64,000 bases of DNA. It comes from Felis catus (lineage: Eukaryota). Position numbers and translations under genes: made by a program. Positions 1-13,095 of this stretch are shown here, piece after piece. Below the pieces are notes generated by a model. That model was not told the DNA's origin. It was given only the letters and a program-made list of their open reading frames with translations, and searched no databases. The stretch spans positions 25,484,001 through 25,548,000 of the forward strand of contig NC_058383.1 of assembly GCF_018350175.1 (NCBI RefSeq), read 5' to 3'. The number at the start of each line of letters is the position of its first letter. Positions within the stretch are counted from its first letter, which is position 1.

Positions 1-369
1 TTTTAATTGATAATTATAGTAATATTTATTCTGTACAAAACATTGTGCACTGTCTCATCTAACTTTCCTATCAACCATGAGAGTTAGACGTTAACATATT
101 GCCTTTTCAGATTAAGGACCTGAGGTTCAGAGAAGTTTAGTAGTTGCCTGAGTACACACAGTTGGAAAATGGTAAAACTGGTATTTCACCAAGATTTGTG
201 TAGGTGTGGAGGAGAGGGGGTTGAAAACCATGGCATGTTTCCTTAAGTGGAGATAAAAGCTCTTCCTACTTTCTCTCTACCAGAGACTCCATTAAATTTT
301 CTAGCTGGCTTTCTTGGAATGTGTTCCAAGCATGAACGCTGGAAGAACCCTGAAATAAATGGAACTTTT

Positions 370-910
370 TTCAGTTGCAATTTGTAACTTACAAGGGACA
401 GAAAACCCAATATACACAGTTTAAGCCGAACAATGATAGGGATGGAGTCAGAATTATTGGCTCAGAAATTTCAAAGTTAAGGGATATTTAGCTTCCAGCA
501 CAACTTTCAGGGGCTCAATCCACACCATCAGGACCTGGTGTCTATCCACCTCTTTTCATCTTGTTCTCCTGAATTATCTCCAGGCTTTTTGTTCTCTTGA
601 ACTCTAATCTCCTACAATCTCTATCCTTCATAGCAGCAAGATTCTCTTCCCTGGAGGTATCACAAAAAGTTCCATAATTTTCTCTAGTTGGTTTTAAAAG
701 GGTCACATGTCCACCTACAAACCAATCATTGTGGCCAGGGGATGGAATGCTCTGACTGGCCAAAGCTAGGTCACATACTCACTCTTGAACCTGGGGGATA
801 TGGCCAATCCCACCCAAACCACCCACCTGAGATAAGTGGAAAGTGTTTTCCTGAAGGAAATTTGCTGTTACCAGAGTAGGCAAAGAAATGGATGATGGAC
901 AGGCAAACCC
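370..910. mobile_element. Old MaLR solo LTR (MLT1K/L-like)
   Basis: Motifs such as gggtcacatgtccacc...aaccaatcattgtggccaggggatggaatgctctgactggcca resemble old MLT1 LTRs; degraded, ends approximate. Confidence 0.55.
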
Positions 911-1699
911 CACAAATATTAACTTTAGTGTTTATGGCTAGTGGTATGCAGGTAAACTGGCTCTCAGGAAAAGAAACAAACCTTGGTTTGTAACATTTGA
1001 AGATGTCACTGATGTAAATAATCCCACCATGACTAAACCACCAACGGTTTAACAACTGCTTCCAAAATTCTTGACTATTTAAGAGTCTGTTCGCATTAGC
1101 CAGTGGGAGCTGGATTCAGCATAATACTGCATCCTCCAAAGGAAGAAAAAGAGAAGAATCCTTGCAGAGAGGAGGTATTTATAAGAGAAAAGAATTTTTT
1201 TAGCCCCTTTGTGTTTTCAATTTTATTAACTGAAAGTCTAGGGCTCTTATAATCTCAGAAGACCTCCTTCCTCAAATCCCCAGAGCTAGAGGAGAAGCAA
1301 GGGACAACTCCAATGACCTCAGGGTAGCCAGTTACAATTCTTGAGATATGTAGAAAGTTCCATCACTCACTCACCCAGAATCTCTAGCAAAAGCACATAT
1401 GGCCTAAACTAAAGCTCTTCTTTCTACCTTAGGATTTGTGTTTAATGTTATTATCAAAACACTGATTCAAAGAAATTCTGCCTTCTGTGAACATCTGTTG
1501 CCACTGATTAGAAACCACTTAGCACCAAGCCATTTTCCATTTGCCCAATATTAACTGCAAACAGACACCATGGCCAAGTTCTTCCAAATAACTTGTAATA
1601 AACTGGGATGTTTCCTTAAATGTACATGCAGATGAAGACTCACCATAGCAACTAGGAGCGCCAGGAAGCAAAATGCATTACTGTGAACATGAAGGTAGC

Positions 1700-2198
1700 T
1701 GCATTAGTCTGGATTCTCATAGAAACAAAACCAATAGGAGATATATACACAGACACAGATATAGAAACAGATATAGATATTTACTATAAGGAATTGGCCC
1801 ACATGATAACGGGAGCTTAAAAGTTCAAGATCTGCAGTTGGCAAGCTGGAGATCCAGAAGAGAATCAATGGTGGAAGTTCCAGTCCAAGTCTTTGGGCTG
1901 ATAGTATAGTTTCAGTCTGAGTCTGAGTTCAGAGGCAGGAAAAGACTGATGTCCCAACTCAAAAATAGTCAGGTAGGGAGAAAAGCTTCTTTCTCACTCA
2001 AGTTTTGAGTATATTCATGCCTTCAACAGATTCATTGAGGCCCACCCACATTAGGGAGGCCACTCTGCTTTCCTCAGTGTAAAGATACAAATGTTAATCT
2101 AATCCAGGAACACCCACACAAACACACCCAGAAATGTTTAATCAAACATCTGGGTACCCCAGGCCCAGTCAAGTTGACACATAAAATTAACCATCAGA
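1700..2198 (-). mobile_element. ERVL solo LTR (MLT2-like) with 5-bp TSD
   Basis: Ends in ggcccagtcaagttgacacataaaattaaccatca (reverse complement of the MLT2 5' end). Flanked by identical GTAGC at 1695-1699 and 2199-2203. Confidence 0.85.
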
Positions 2199-5100
2199 GT
2201 AGCCATTTCCACTATATTCCAAGTGTTCAAAAATGGTCTAATAATCTGAGATCTTATATTACATGTTTTATAATGGAGTGTCCATAGAAAAATATGCTAC
2301 AAGTTCAAAACTTCTGACTTCCTCATATTTGAATATGAAATTAGTGGAGGGAATCCTAGGCCGAGCCACTGAATATTAGAAATTGGAGGTGAGGTAGATG
2401 TTTCTCAAGCTACAAGGGATCATAAAATTCCTATTGGTCTAGACTTGTGGGTGGGCATAAGAAAGTGATTAAGAACTCAGCCTGTGGCTTCAGATAGACC
2501 TGGTTATACATCACATCACTGTCACTTTCTAGCTGAGTGACCCTGAGCATATTTTTTTTAACTTCTCTGAGCTTAAGTTTCAATCTCTACACTGCGAATA
2601 ATAGTGCCTGCTTCGCATATAAAAATGGTTTGTGAAGACACAAAGAGTTTTAGCAATGAGTCTAGGACTCCCAGTTGATAGGCTCCCAAATAGTAACAAG
2701 TAATTTTTTAATAGATTTTAAATTTCAATATAGTTCCCTAATTCAAAATACCCCCCATGTACAGCAGATTCTAAATTATTGAAGAGAGAAGGGTGAGAAA
2801 TGGATGAGCTATGTTCAAGTGGTCTAGAAAAAGGGTTGTTTCACAGCCCATTTGCTTTAAAGAATGCAAGACTTCAACACAAGTGAGTTCTGAACTTCCT
2901 TTGCTTGTGAAGTACTTCTTTCCATCAGCATTTAGTATAATCTATTGTACTGGTTGCTACAGGGTTCACAAAAAAACAAATAAACAAGCAAACAAAAAAC
3001 AGAAGACCTGGAAGATCAGGAAATGTAGTGACTAGTGTGTGGACAGGGAGAAGACAGCCCTGGATTCAAAGCCCAGGTCTGCCACTTTCTGGCTGCGTGA
3101 CCTTGGCAGGTTATCTAACCTCAATGGATTGGATGAATGAAAGTTGTACTGATCTGACAGCATCATTCTGAGGATTCAGTGAGCTAATAACTGCAAAATA
3201 TCTGGTACCTAGTTAAGAACAGTGTTAGACCCTTTTTCTGTCCACAGGTGGGAGCTGACTTTCTGGGAGAGAAAAGAGGATACACAGAGATGCCATAGCT
3301 ACCATTTGTGTTATGTTTTCAATGAGCTGAGGATTCACATGTTGATTTGTCAAGTTCTTCACAATGTTATAGGAAACTAAGAAAGAAAGGTAATTACTCT
3401 CACCAATGCTGGAATAAAGGACCCTTGTTGGAAAAAAAAATAGCCCTATCAAGGAATCAAGCAGAAGTTACCTTGAAGAAGGTGGAGGAAGAGAAAACAG
3501 AGCAGCAGAAGCAGAGAAAGAGGTACCTTGAGATGGGAGGCCAGTCCCATGAGGAAAAGAACCCTGGACCCTGTTGCCATCCAGGTCCAAGAAATAAAGA
3601 TCCAAGTTAGCAAAAACACAATTTCAGGGGTCCATTTCCTTGGGCAAACCTCAGCAGGCTGAGGCAACCCTTGAAAGAATAGGAGCACCCCCCCCCAGAG
3701 AGTAGAGGACAAAAGATCAGCTGGGGTACCCACAAAAACAACTGCAAGGGTGGAGAACTGAGGACCAAGGATGGACCCTTTTTCAGTTTTCTTGAGACCA
3801 TGAGGTCCTTAATAAGATTCCAGCAGGAAGCAGGATGGAACCCCATCAACTAAGTAAATGACCCCAGAAATCAATTTAATTTGTTTCAGGAAAAAATGAT
3901 ATATTTCTTGAATCTGAATGTCATTCATGGGATTATAAGAGCTTGTTAGGGACTTTCATATTCTGTCTAGCAAGCATTCATCAAGCACTGAATCCTGCAA
4001 GCCATCCTATGAGGTAGTCTTCATTAATCCCACTTGACAGAGGAGAAAACTGAGGCAACAAGGCTGGCAACAACTTGGTTTTGGCCACAGTTAGTTAGGA
4101 TTAATGAAAGAACATTCATAGCACCAACTATAATATCTGGCAAGTAGTAGGTGTTTAACACATATTTGCTGAATTGATGACTGAATAAACAAAATAGGTA
4201 ATTTCTCAACAAAAGCCAACTGAAAAAGCAAAACTGGGTAAAAATAATAGCTGACAGGTGCCAAAACCCTTTTAGAATTTCCCAACTCATCTAATCCCCA
4301 CACAACCCTAAGATGTTTCGTCCTCATTTTACAGATGAACAGACTGAGGTTGGAATGATTTGGACATTTGCTTCCAGTCACATATCTGGAAAGAGACAGA
4401 GCTGACATTTAAACTCAAGATGCCTGGCTCCACAGGCCAGGTTTTTAAGTATTATATTATTCAGTGTGTGGATGGGATGCAGAGTGAAGGAGCAATCCTG
4501 GAAGGTGGCACAACAGGGCCTCACTTTTCTCTAAGATTGGGAAACTGGTAACATGAAGCTAGGGAGAGAAAATTAACCTCAAACTCTAGCTCAATTGCTT
4601 TCTAACTCTGTGACTTCAGGCAAGTGACTTGGCCTTTCTGAGACACAGTAAGATGGAAATGACATGAAATTGTGGAGGGGGAGAATGAAATAATAGGCAT
4701 ACAGCCCCCATATCAATGCTCAAGGATGGTAAAATGGAAATAAATGGTAATAAACATAACGATCGCAACAGTAACTAGAATGGCAGCTATAATAATGACT
4801 GGCAGCTATATAATAATCACTGATGACACCATAGATGAAAGAGGAGGAGGAAGAAGTTGGAGAAAGAGGAAGAGGAGGAGCTTCCAGGAAGAAGGGACTT
4901 CTAAAATGGGTTTTGAAAACAGGGAGGAACACTGAAATCAGAGCAGAAAATATTCCCCAAACTGGGTGCAGGGTGGGGGGCTTGGGGGGACCAGCACATC
5001 AAGAGACACAGACATAAAATCTTGAAGCCCACTCTTTCCCAGGCCATGTGGTAGACATCAAGAAGGAGAGGAGAGCCCCCAGACAGATGCACAAAAGAGG

Positions 5101-5721
5101 CAGCACTTGCCAACACAAGGCCCAATAGACCAAACCCCTACAGCCACTTTTCAGCAAATCTGAGGTTACAGCCCAGATGACTTCACTTAGGGACAATGGA
5201 TGGCACACGCCTCCCTCAAATCACCACAAGATTGAATTTCCAGCCACATCTTCCAGACACATCCATTTTGGCAGAGATACTACTTGCAGGGACCAATCCG
5301 AAGCCGTATCTTAAATGCAATTCACCTAATCGGAGTAACCTCCTCCTGGTGACCTGAGTCACACCCAGACAGACACCACTTGTGTTTGAAAGGTTAGGTT
5401 TGCCTGAAGCAGTTGAGCGGAAACCCAAATTCAGAGAACAATTTGCTGCTCATAAGGAGCCATCACTCAGAAATGCACTGACTGGACTCGAAAAATCAGG
5501 CCATCACCCGTGGCTCCTGTGTTGCTCTACCTATACTGGATGACCTTGAGGTATGAGCCCTCCAAGACTCAGAGTCTGAGGAAAATTTCTCTTATTCAAC
5601 AAAGACCCCAGAGAAGCCTGAATGAGAAGCAAAATTCTAAGAGAAGACAGACTGAGTCTCAGACTTCTTCCCTCTTCCATTAACAGGGCTTGCACTTGTT
5701 GGTTCCTTACAGACCTTGGCC

Positions 5722-5883
5722 AGGCTACTCAAAGTGTCATCCATGGACCAGCACTGGCAGCATCACCCAGGAGCCTGTTAGAAATGCAAAGTCTCAGGCC
5801 CCACCCCAGGCTTGCAAAATCAGAATCTGCATTTTAACAAAATCCCCACATGATTCCTGCACACATTAGTGTAAGAAGTGCTG
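5722..5883 (+). mobile_element. MER5-type hAT-Charlie MITE
   Basis: Diagnostic cagcatcacccaggagcctgttagaaatgcaaagtctcaggccccacccc...cagaatctgcattttaacaa. Confidence 0.75.
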
Positions 5884-5936
5884 TTTGAAAAGAATCACAG
5901 CTTCTGAACCCATGTAGTTAGAAATCCATCCCTTTG

Positions 5937-7066
5937 GAGAGAGCAGGAAAAGACCTCTCTGACCTCAGCCGTAGCAATTTCTTACTTGACACATCCCCAA
6001 AGGCAAGGGAATTAAAAGCAAAAATGAACTACTGGGACCTTATGAAGATAAAAAGCTTCTGCACAGCAAAGGAAACAACCAACAAAACTAAAAGGCAACC
6101 AACGGAATGGGAAAAGATATTTGCAAATGACATATCAGACAAAAGGCTGGTATCCAAAATCTATAAAGAGCTCACCAAACTCCACACCCAAAAAACAAAT
6201 AATCTAGTGAAGAAATGGGCAGAAAACATGAATAGACACTTCTCTAAAGAAGACATCCAGATGGCCAACAGGCACATGAAAAGATGTTCAACGTCGCTCC
6301 TCATCAGGGAAATACAAATCAAAACCACACTCAGATACCACCTCACGCCAGTCAGAGTGGCCAAAATGAACAAATCAGAAGACTATAGATGCTGGAGAGG
6401 ATGTGAAGAAACGGGAACCCTCTTGCACTGTTGGTGGGAATGCAAACTGGTGCAGCCACTCTGGAAAACAGTGTGGAGGTTCCTCAAACAATTAAAAATA
6501 GACCTACCCTATGACCCAGCAATAGCACTGCTAGGAATTTACCCAAGGGACACAGGAGTACTGATGCATAGGGGCACTTGTACCCCAATGTTTATAGCAG
6601 CACTCTCAACAATAGCCAAATTATGGAAAGAGCCTAAATGTCCATCAACTGAGGAATGGATAAAGAAATTGTGGTTTATATACACAATGGAATACTATGT
6701 GGCAATGAGAAAGAATGAAATATGACCCTTTGTAGCAACGTAGATGGAACTGGAGAGTGTTATACTAAGTGAAATAAGCCATACAGAGAAAGACAGATAC
6801 CATATGTGTTCACTCTTATGTGGATCCTGAGAAACTTAACAGAAACCCATGGGGGAGGGGAAGGAAAAAAAAAAAGAGCTTAGAGTGGAAGAGAGCCAAA
6901 GCATAAGAGACTCTTAAAAACTGAGAACAAACTGAGGGTTGATGGGGGTGGGAGGGAGGGGAGCGTGGGTGATGGGTATTGAGGAGGGCACCTTTTGGGA
7001 TGAGCACTGGGTGTTGTATGGAAACCAATTTGACAATAAACTTCATATATTGAAAAAAAAAAGAAA
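5937..7066 (+). mobile_element. Young felid L1, 5'-truncated (ORF2 C-terminus + 3' UTR + A-tail), perfect 17-bp TSD
   Basis: Open frame 5934-6725 encodes the L1 ORF2p C-terminus including the cysteine-rich motif ([16 protein letters not shown]). G-rich 3' UTR, AATAAA and A-tail present. TSD AGAAATCCATCCCTTTG at 5920-5936 and 7067-7083; TT|AGAAA endonuclease-type site. Confidence 0.95.
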
Positions 7067-8559
7067 AGAAATCCATCCCTTTGAATGTCACTAAAGGGAA
7101 AGCAGTCAGAAATCCATGAAAAAGTCAGGATGGCTACCATTTATCGAGTGTCTCTGACATGCCAAGGACTTTCCAGATATCTTCTCATCTGTCCATCTCC
7201 CCACTTTACAGATGTTAGCACTGAAATTCAGAGAGGTAAAGCAACTTGTACTAGGTTATCCATCTAGTAAGCAACAGAGCTGGGCCAATTGTGGTTCATC
7301 CTCAGAGGCTGGGGATATGGCTCCCCTTTCCGGAGCATATGGCCACAGGCTTTATTGTCAAGGAAGAGAGCAGGATGGCTCTTGTATGGGAGACCAACAG
7401 TTTCAGCCATGTCTGGACTAGAAGAGTGGAATTCTTCCATAGAGCCTTGAGGCTCAAAAAACTAGAGACAAGTATCTTAAAAGAGAGTAGTCACAGGCTA
7501 AGAGAAGAGAAAATCTAAAGCAGGGAATGAGTCCTCTATTAGTGTCAGGACACCCAAATGCTATTTTTAACATATCACTAGTCCTTACAGTAGCACAGCA
7601 AGAAAGGGATCTAGCCATGCTGGCTACTTGAGCCCCATGACCTGATTTCTTTCACAGACAGGCTCTATCATTTACTCATCTATGGAGATGGATAAACTGG
7701 TTTGTAGAGATGATATCAATTGCCCCCCAAAAAACTGTAACTAGTCTCCTATGACACACAAGATGATAAGGTCTTGAACTAAGACAGTGACCTAAGGAAT
7801 AAGAAAGAGGAAATAAATGGAGATTCCACAAAAGAATAATCTGCCAGCATGGGTTATTATTTAAATGAGGAAGGCAAAGATGACATTAAAGGTCATTCTG
7901 AAATTTAGAGTTGACCGCTGTTAAGCATGATCAAAACACTCATTATCCCTACCTAAATAATAAAATGTTTAGGGGTTAATTCCTAAATGTTCGAGAAAGA
8001 TACTGACCTGTTCCATCATGTGTCATGCCCTTCTCCCGAATGCTTTCCAGGAATTTCCAGAGGGAACTAAGTGAGACCAGAGGCAACAAACTCCAAATAA
8101 GATAGCTCTTGTCCATGGGGAAGGAGTGCCCATGGAAGCCTGAAACATCTCCCACCCACTGGAGACGCCTGGGATGCCCCCAGATGATGCTGATGTTCAC
8201 CTGACGTCTACACACACACTTTCCTCCTCTCATCTCACCACCTCTCCTTCTGTCCCCTCATGGAATTGGCCATTCATCTTAAGTCATGAGGGAATGGAGA
8301 GGAATTCCTCCCACTTCAACTCCCTACCTCCTCCAAAGATAATCCTTTGAACCAAATATTTAAAGAAGGGCTTTTCCCTAAGTACATAAAAGTCTTTAAG
8401 CCTAATTTCCAACTGAAAACAAATCCAAATGAATGCTAACATGTCCCCACATAAAGAACCCCAATCAAGGCTGACACATCTACAGAAATACAGAATCTTG
8501 GATGTACAAAACTATGGAGATGACCTTCTAATTGCTCATTCAGTTCCTATTGAATGAAA

Positions 8560-10060
8560 ACTCACATCCACTATTGCCTCATTCAAATCCCTCTTCCACA
8601 AATCTCTCAAGAGTGAGATTTTAAAAATCCAAATCTGATTGTCATTTTTCTGCTTAGAACCTTTAAATGGCTTCTCATTGCACATAGGATAAAATCCGAA
8701 CCCCTTCATGTGGCCTGTGAGGTTTTACATGATTGGGTCCCTGTCTACTTCTTGCAAATTCTCTGGTGCCTCTTTCATCCTTACTCTGTAAGTGTCACCC
8801 TTAGATCTGAAAAAGAAGGGTCCCCATGCTGGGCCCGCACAAGTTAGACCATCCACATATCACAAACACACAGAAAAATAAACATATTGCAGAACACTAG
8901 GACAACTCTTAAGAAAACTTGAGATCTGGCAGTAGTACCAGCACAGTGGGCGCTATACCCTAAATAACAAGCCTCATGTCTAACATGATTCAAGCCACAA
9001 GGAAATGCTTCTCTGCATCCTTTGCTCTGTATCTTTAAAACAAAAGGCAACTGCATTCAAATGCCATGAAGTGTCCCTGCTCATCTTGAAACAAAAAGTG
9101 CCTTGGAAAGCAGAGATTTTAGCATTGAAAACACTTAGGTAAGAGAAAAAACGAATTAATTAATGTGCCACATCCTTCCTCTCAGATAACACGAATGCAA
9201 GATAGTTCTACAAAATGAAGCACTGTTTCCTAGGAATACCAAGCAACCATTTTCTTGCTTCCCTTCATGTTGTAATGCATTGGTCCAGAGGCACTCACAA
9301 ATTAGCACAATATTTGCAATGGGTCTAACATGGCAGCTGAGAAATATTTTGCAATATTAATTTATATTACTCTGAAGTTTGTATGTATGTAGGTCTAGAT
9401 TCCATTCATGACAAGCATGAAGCATGATATCTATTCTTTACATTGACAACTAGCTGAACTTTGAATGCTAAAATTATTTAATGAGTTTAAGTTTAAGTTC
9501 TTAGAGCTGAAATAAACTTCAGTTTTATTCAAATAATCTGGATTTGGATTTTGACATTCATTATCATTTAAATTTTACTTTCTACATGTAACAGATAAGA
9601 GACATAAAGGATGTGGGTCTCCATTTGTACCCTCAGGCTCTGAATAGGTTGGTATTTGGGCTATTCTTTACTTCCAATCTCACTGGAATTCTTCGCACCT
9701 TCTGCTTTCTTACCTTAGGGCCTTTGCACGTGCTACTCCTTTACCTGAGTCATACTTTCCCTGAGCACCTTTCACCTGAATAACTCTTCCTCACACCTCA
9801 TATCTTCCCTTCAACTTCTCATTTACTAGAAAGCCTTCCTTAATTCCCCTGGCCAGCTTAGGTTCCTTTATCATGTGTACCCATCATACTTATTATTCTC
9901 TTTTGTATTTTCTTATTTTATCTGCCTTACTAGTAGCCTGTAAGGTCCTTAAAGGTAGAGATTGTGTCTGTCTTATTCATACCTTTCTCTCCAGCACCTG
10001 GAAAAGAACCCAGCATATAGTAGATGTTCAATAAATATCAAGTGATTAAATGAATAACTA
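8560..10060 (+). mobile_element. L2 3' relic, split by a ~860-bp AT-rich insert (possible hAT-Tip100 relic ~8800-9660)
   Basis: L2-like segments at ~8560-8800 and ~9690-10060, ending cccagcatatagtagatgttcaataaatat...aatgaat. The identity of the insert is tentative. Confidence 0.5.
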
Positions 10061-10129
10061 TGTGGAGTGACAGCTCTGATCACACTGAATTGTAATTACT
10101 TATTTAGGTCTCTCCAGCTGGACCATGAG

Positions 10130-10840
10130 CCTGAGACCAAAAACTGGCAACCCATGGGCCATACTTGGCCTACAGTTTGATTAGTTGGCCAGCAGAATAT
10201 TGTTCCCACCATGCCTTTAAATTTTTTAATTGACTGCCAATATTTAAGAACTGGGAGATTACACTTAAAAATCCAGATTTTCAGATTCTCTTGAAAAAGC
10301 CAAAGATTTGGCAATACTTCCCACATGGCAGCAATCCTCTAAACTGAGACACATCTGCTGTTTTCAAAGAGCTCAGTTGTCCTGCCCACCACAGTCCTAA
10401 TCTAACCCACATCACTCACTTCCACTGGACTCCTATGGCAGAGACTAATATGCAGTCACCAAACCTTCCTCCTTTTCCTAAGTTCACAGCTAGATTACTT
10501 TCCACAGCCCACCTTGATGCTAGGCATGGCTATGTGACTAAGTTCTAGCCAAGGAGTGATGAGGGCCACTTCTAGTCCTGGCCCATAAAAACCTTCCATG
10601 AAAGTTCCTCTCTCTCTTCCCAAATATGCAAAAGCCACCATCGGCCTAGGTTCCTGAATGACTGCATAGAGACCTCCTCACCTACTCTCTGCCTACGAGG
10701 AACAACCACAATGGACTATTATTTCACTAGACAGTAAAAATTCTTACCATGTGAAAGCCACTGAAATGTTTGGTTTTGTTTTTTACAGTAGCTGTTACCC
10801 TAACACAGCGTCTGTAGACATTTGAACTTGGGATCGCTGC
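10130..10840. mobile_element. MER102-like hAT relic interrupted by a MaLR LTR (~10435-10806)
   Basis: aaaatccagattttcagattctcttgaaaaagccaaagatttggcaa motif, with similar copies near 44.95, 47.4 and 62.3 kb. Internal MLT1-like segment. Confidence 0.5.
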
Positions 10841-12761
10841 ATGAGCTCTGGGAAGACAGATGATGTCTTGCTCACACCTTTATCTGCAGTACCCTAGCAC
10901 GGCACTGGACCCATGGTGGATGCTCAAAACACGTTTGTTGAATGAAGGAATTACAGGACCAGAAAGAATCCATGCAAGCCACAAGCAGAGAGAGCCATGC
11001 AGAATAATTCTACACCTCCACCCTCATTAATTCCAGCACCACCCCTGCCCATCACCAACCCTCTGTCCTTTGAAGCAGAGCTTTCTCCTCTGGAGATCCT
11101 CCCCAGTTGGCCATAGATTTTCTCTACTACCTTTACTGTCAGGACTCACACCTGTGCTGGGGACAGCAGGAGATGGCCTGTGGAATTGATACAAGGAGGT
11201 AAACCATGAAGTTGAAGCAGTTGCTTAGAAAATAAATCACATGTAATCACCTGCTATTCCAATTCTAACCTCATCTGGAATCTGCTCTCCCAACCTCTCC
11301 TTCTGCTCCTTTTTCTCTTGGAGGCAGAATGCTTTGGAAACAGAGCTCCATTGGATAAGAGGAAGAACAAGAAAAAATTTACCTTCATGATTATACATTA
11401 CCAAATATTACACGAATAGTTTAGACAATAGTGGATGCTGAGCAATTTCTGTGCACACCTTCTTATCCAGAATATTAGTAACAACTGATATTTTATGTCA
11501 CATCTTAGAAACTTGCAGACTTTCACTCTCTATGTGCCAGGCACTGTGCTAAGGATTTGACATGCATTATTTCATTCAAACCTCAAAAACAATCTCTGAG
11601 GCTATTTCTATTATTATTGTGCCTATTATAATAATGAGAACTCTAAGGCCTAAAAGGATTAAGTGACTTGCTCTGGCCCATGAGTCAGTAAGAGGTAGAG
11701 ACAGTAATTGAGCCCTGTCTATTTGACTCCAAGATGTTAACCAGCTTACTGTTATACCCATTAGCTCTTGGGTTGTATTTATTATGCATACGTCTGCCTC
11801 CTCTAGGAGTTCCTAGGCAAAGAAAAAGCATATATCCATAGCACTCTCCCCAGCTTGCACAGTCCCTCATACTTTGAAGTACATATATGATGAATGAGGA
11901 AAAAAAGTAAGAAGGTAAATGACCTATCCACAGCCACATATCTATTAGCAGCTCTCTGATTTGAGACTCAAAGGCAGTTCTTCTGAATACAAAGACTTTT
12001 CAACAGTAATAGTAATAGAAACAAAAACATCAGCTCTCATTTATTGAGAACCCATATAAGGCCTTTTTATACATATACTATTTCATTTAATTCTCAAAAT
12101 AACCCTGCAAAATGGGTGTAATAATACCCTTACTTTGAAACAGAGGCTCAGTAAGATTAAATGATTTGTCTAAGGTCACCCAGCTAATTAATAAAAAAGA
12201 CTAAATTTGTCATGTCTGGGTTATTAATGCTTGCCACCTTCCTTCTCTGAAAATTGATCCCAGTCTCTGTATCTGTCACAAGCTGAATGAATCCTAAACC
12301 ATGATCCCACCCATCTGACTACAAGAACACCATTGCTCAGACATCCCAACAATGGGGCCCCACCTCTAGAGGAGGCCCCTTACATATAGGAGATACTCTT
12401 CCAAGTAATACCAGAGGGACAAGAAGCAAGGCTTCTGCATCACACAGACCAGGCTCCAATGCTCTGCTGCTTTCTAGCTGCATAAATGGTTGAAGGAAAT
12501 AGAGATGGGACTTACTAGAGATCACTAGTTCTCTGTTAAGAGTAGCTTGGGTTCCCTCACATCTTATGCCCCCATGACATATTTCAGGGTGTTCCATCCA
12601 TCTATCCACCTATCCACCTATTCTTTATCTATCAATCAATCCATCAATTCTGCATTCTTTCTTGTACCCATCCTTTTACCAATCTACCCTTCCATCATCT
12701 TTCCTTCTTCTGTCATTCCTTCCTTTCTTCTTCCAATCCATCTATTCAGCAAACATTTATT

Positions 12762-12974
12762 TTTTTTTAAGTTTACTTATTTATTTTTGAGAGAGACAGT
12801 GCACATGTGAGCAGGGGATGGGCACAGAGAAAGGGGGAGAGAGAGAATCCCAGGCAGGCTATGCGCTATCAGTGCAGAACCCAATGTGGGGCTCGAACTC
12901 ATGAACGGTGAGATCATGACCTGAGATAAAATCAAGAGTTAGATGCTTAACTGATTGAGTAACTCAGGCACTCC
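12762..12974 (-). mobile_element. CAN-SINE
   Basis: T-tail, (AG)n, tRNA-derived head; TSD CAAACATTTATT at 12750-12761 and 12977-12988. Confidence 0.9.
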
Positions 12975-13095
12975 AACAAACATTTATTGACTAGGGGGTG
13001 CCTAGCTGGTTCAGTCAGAACAGCGTGAGACTCTTGATCTCAAAGTCATGAATTTGAGCCCCAAGTTGAGTGTAGAGATTAAACAACAAAAAAAA

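Noticed and set aside
5934..6725. 263-aa ORF, the longest in the window, as a host gene
   Set aside because: It is the ORF2p C-terminus of a 5'-truncated L1 with no promoter and a TTG start formed by the TSD junction.
6943..6976. G-quadruplex-like G-runs
   Set aside because: Standard L1 3' UTR feature, not locus-specific.
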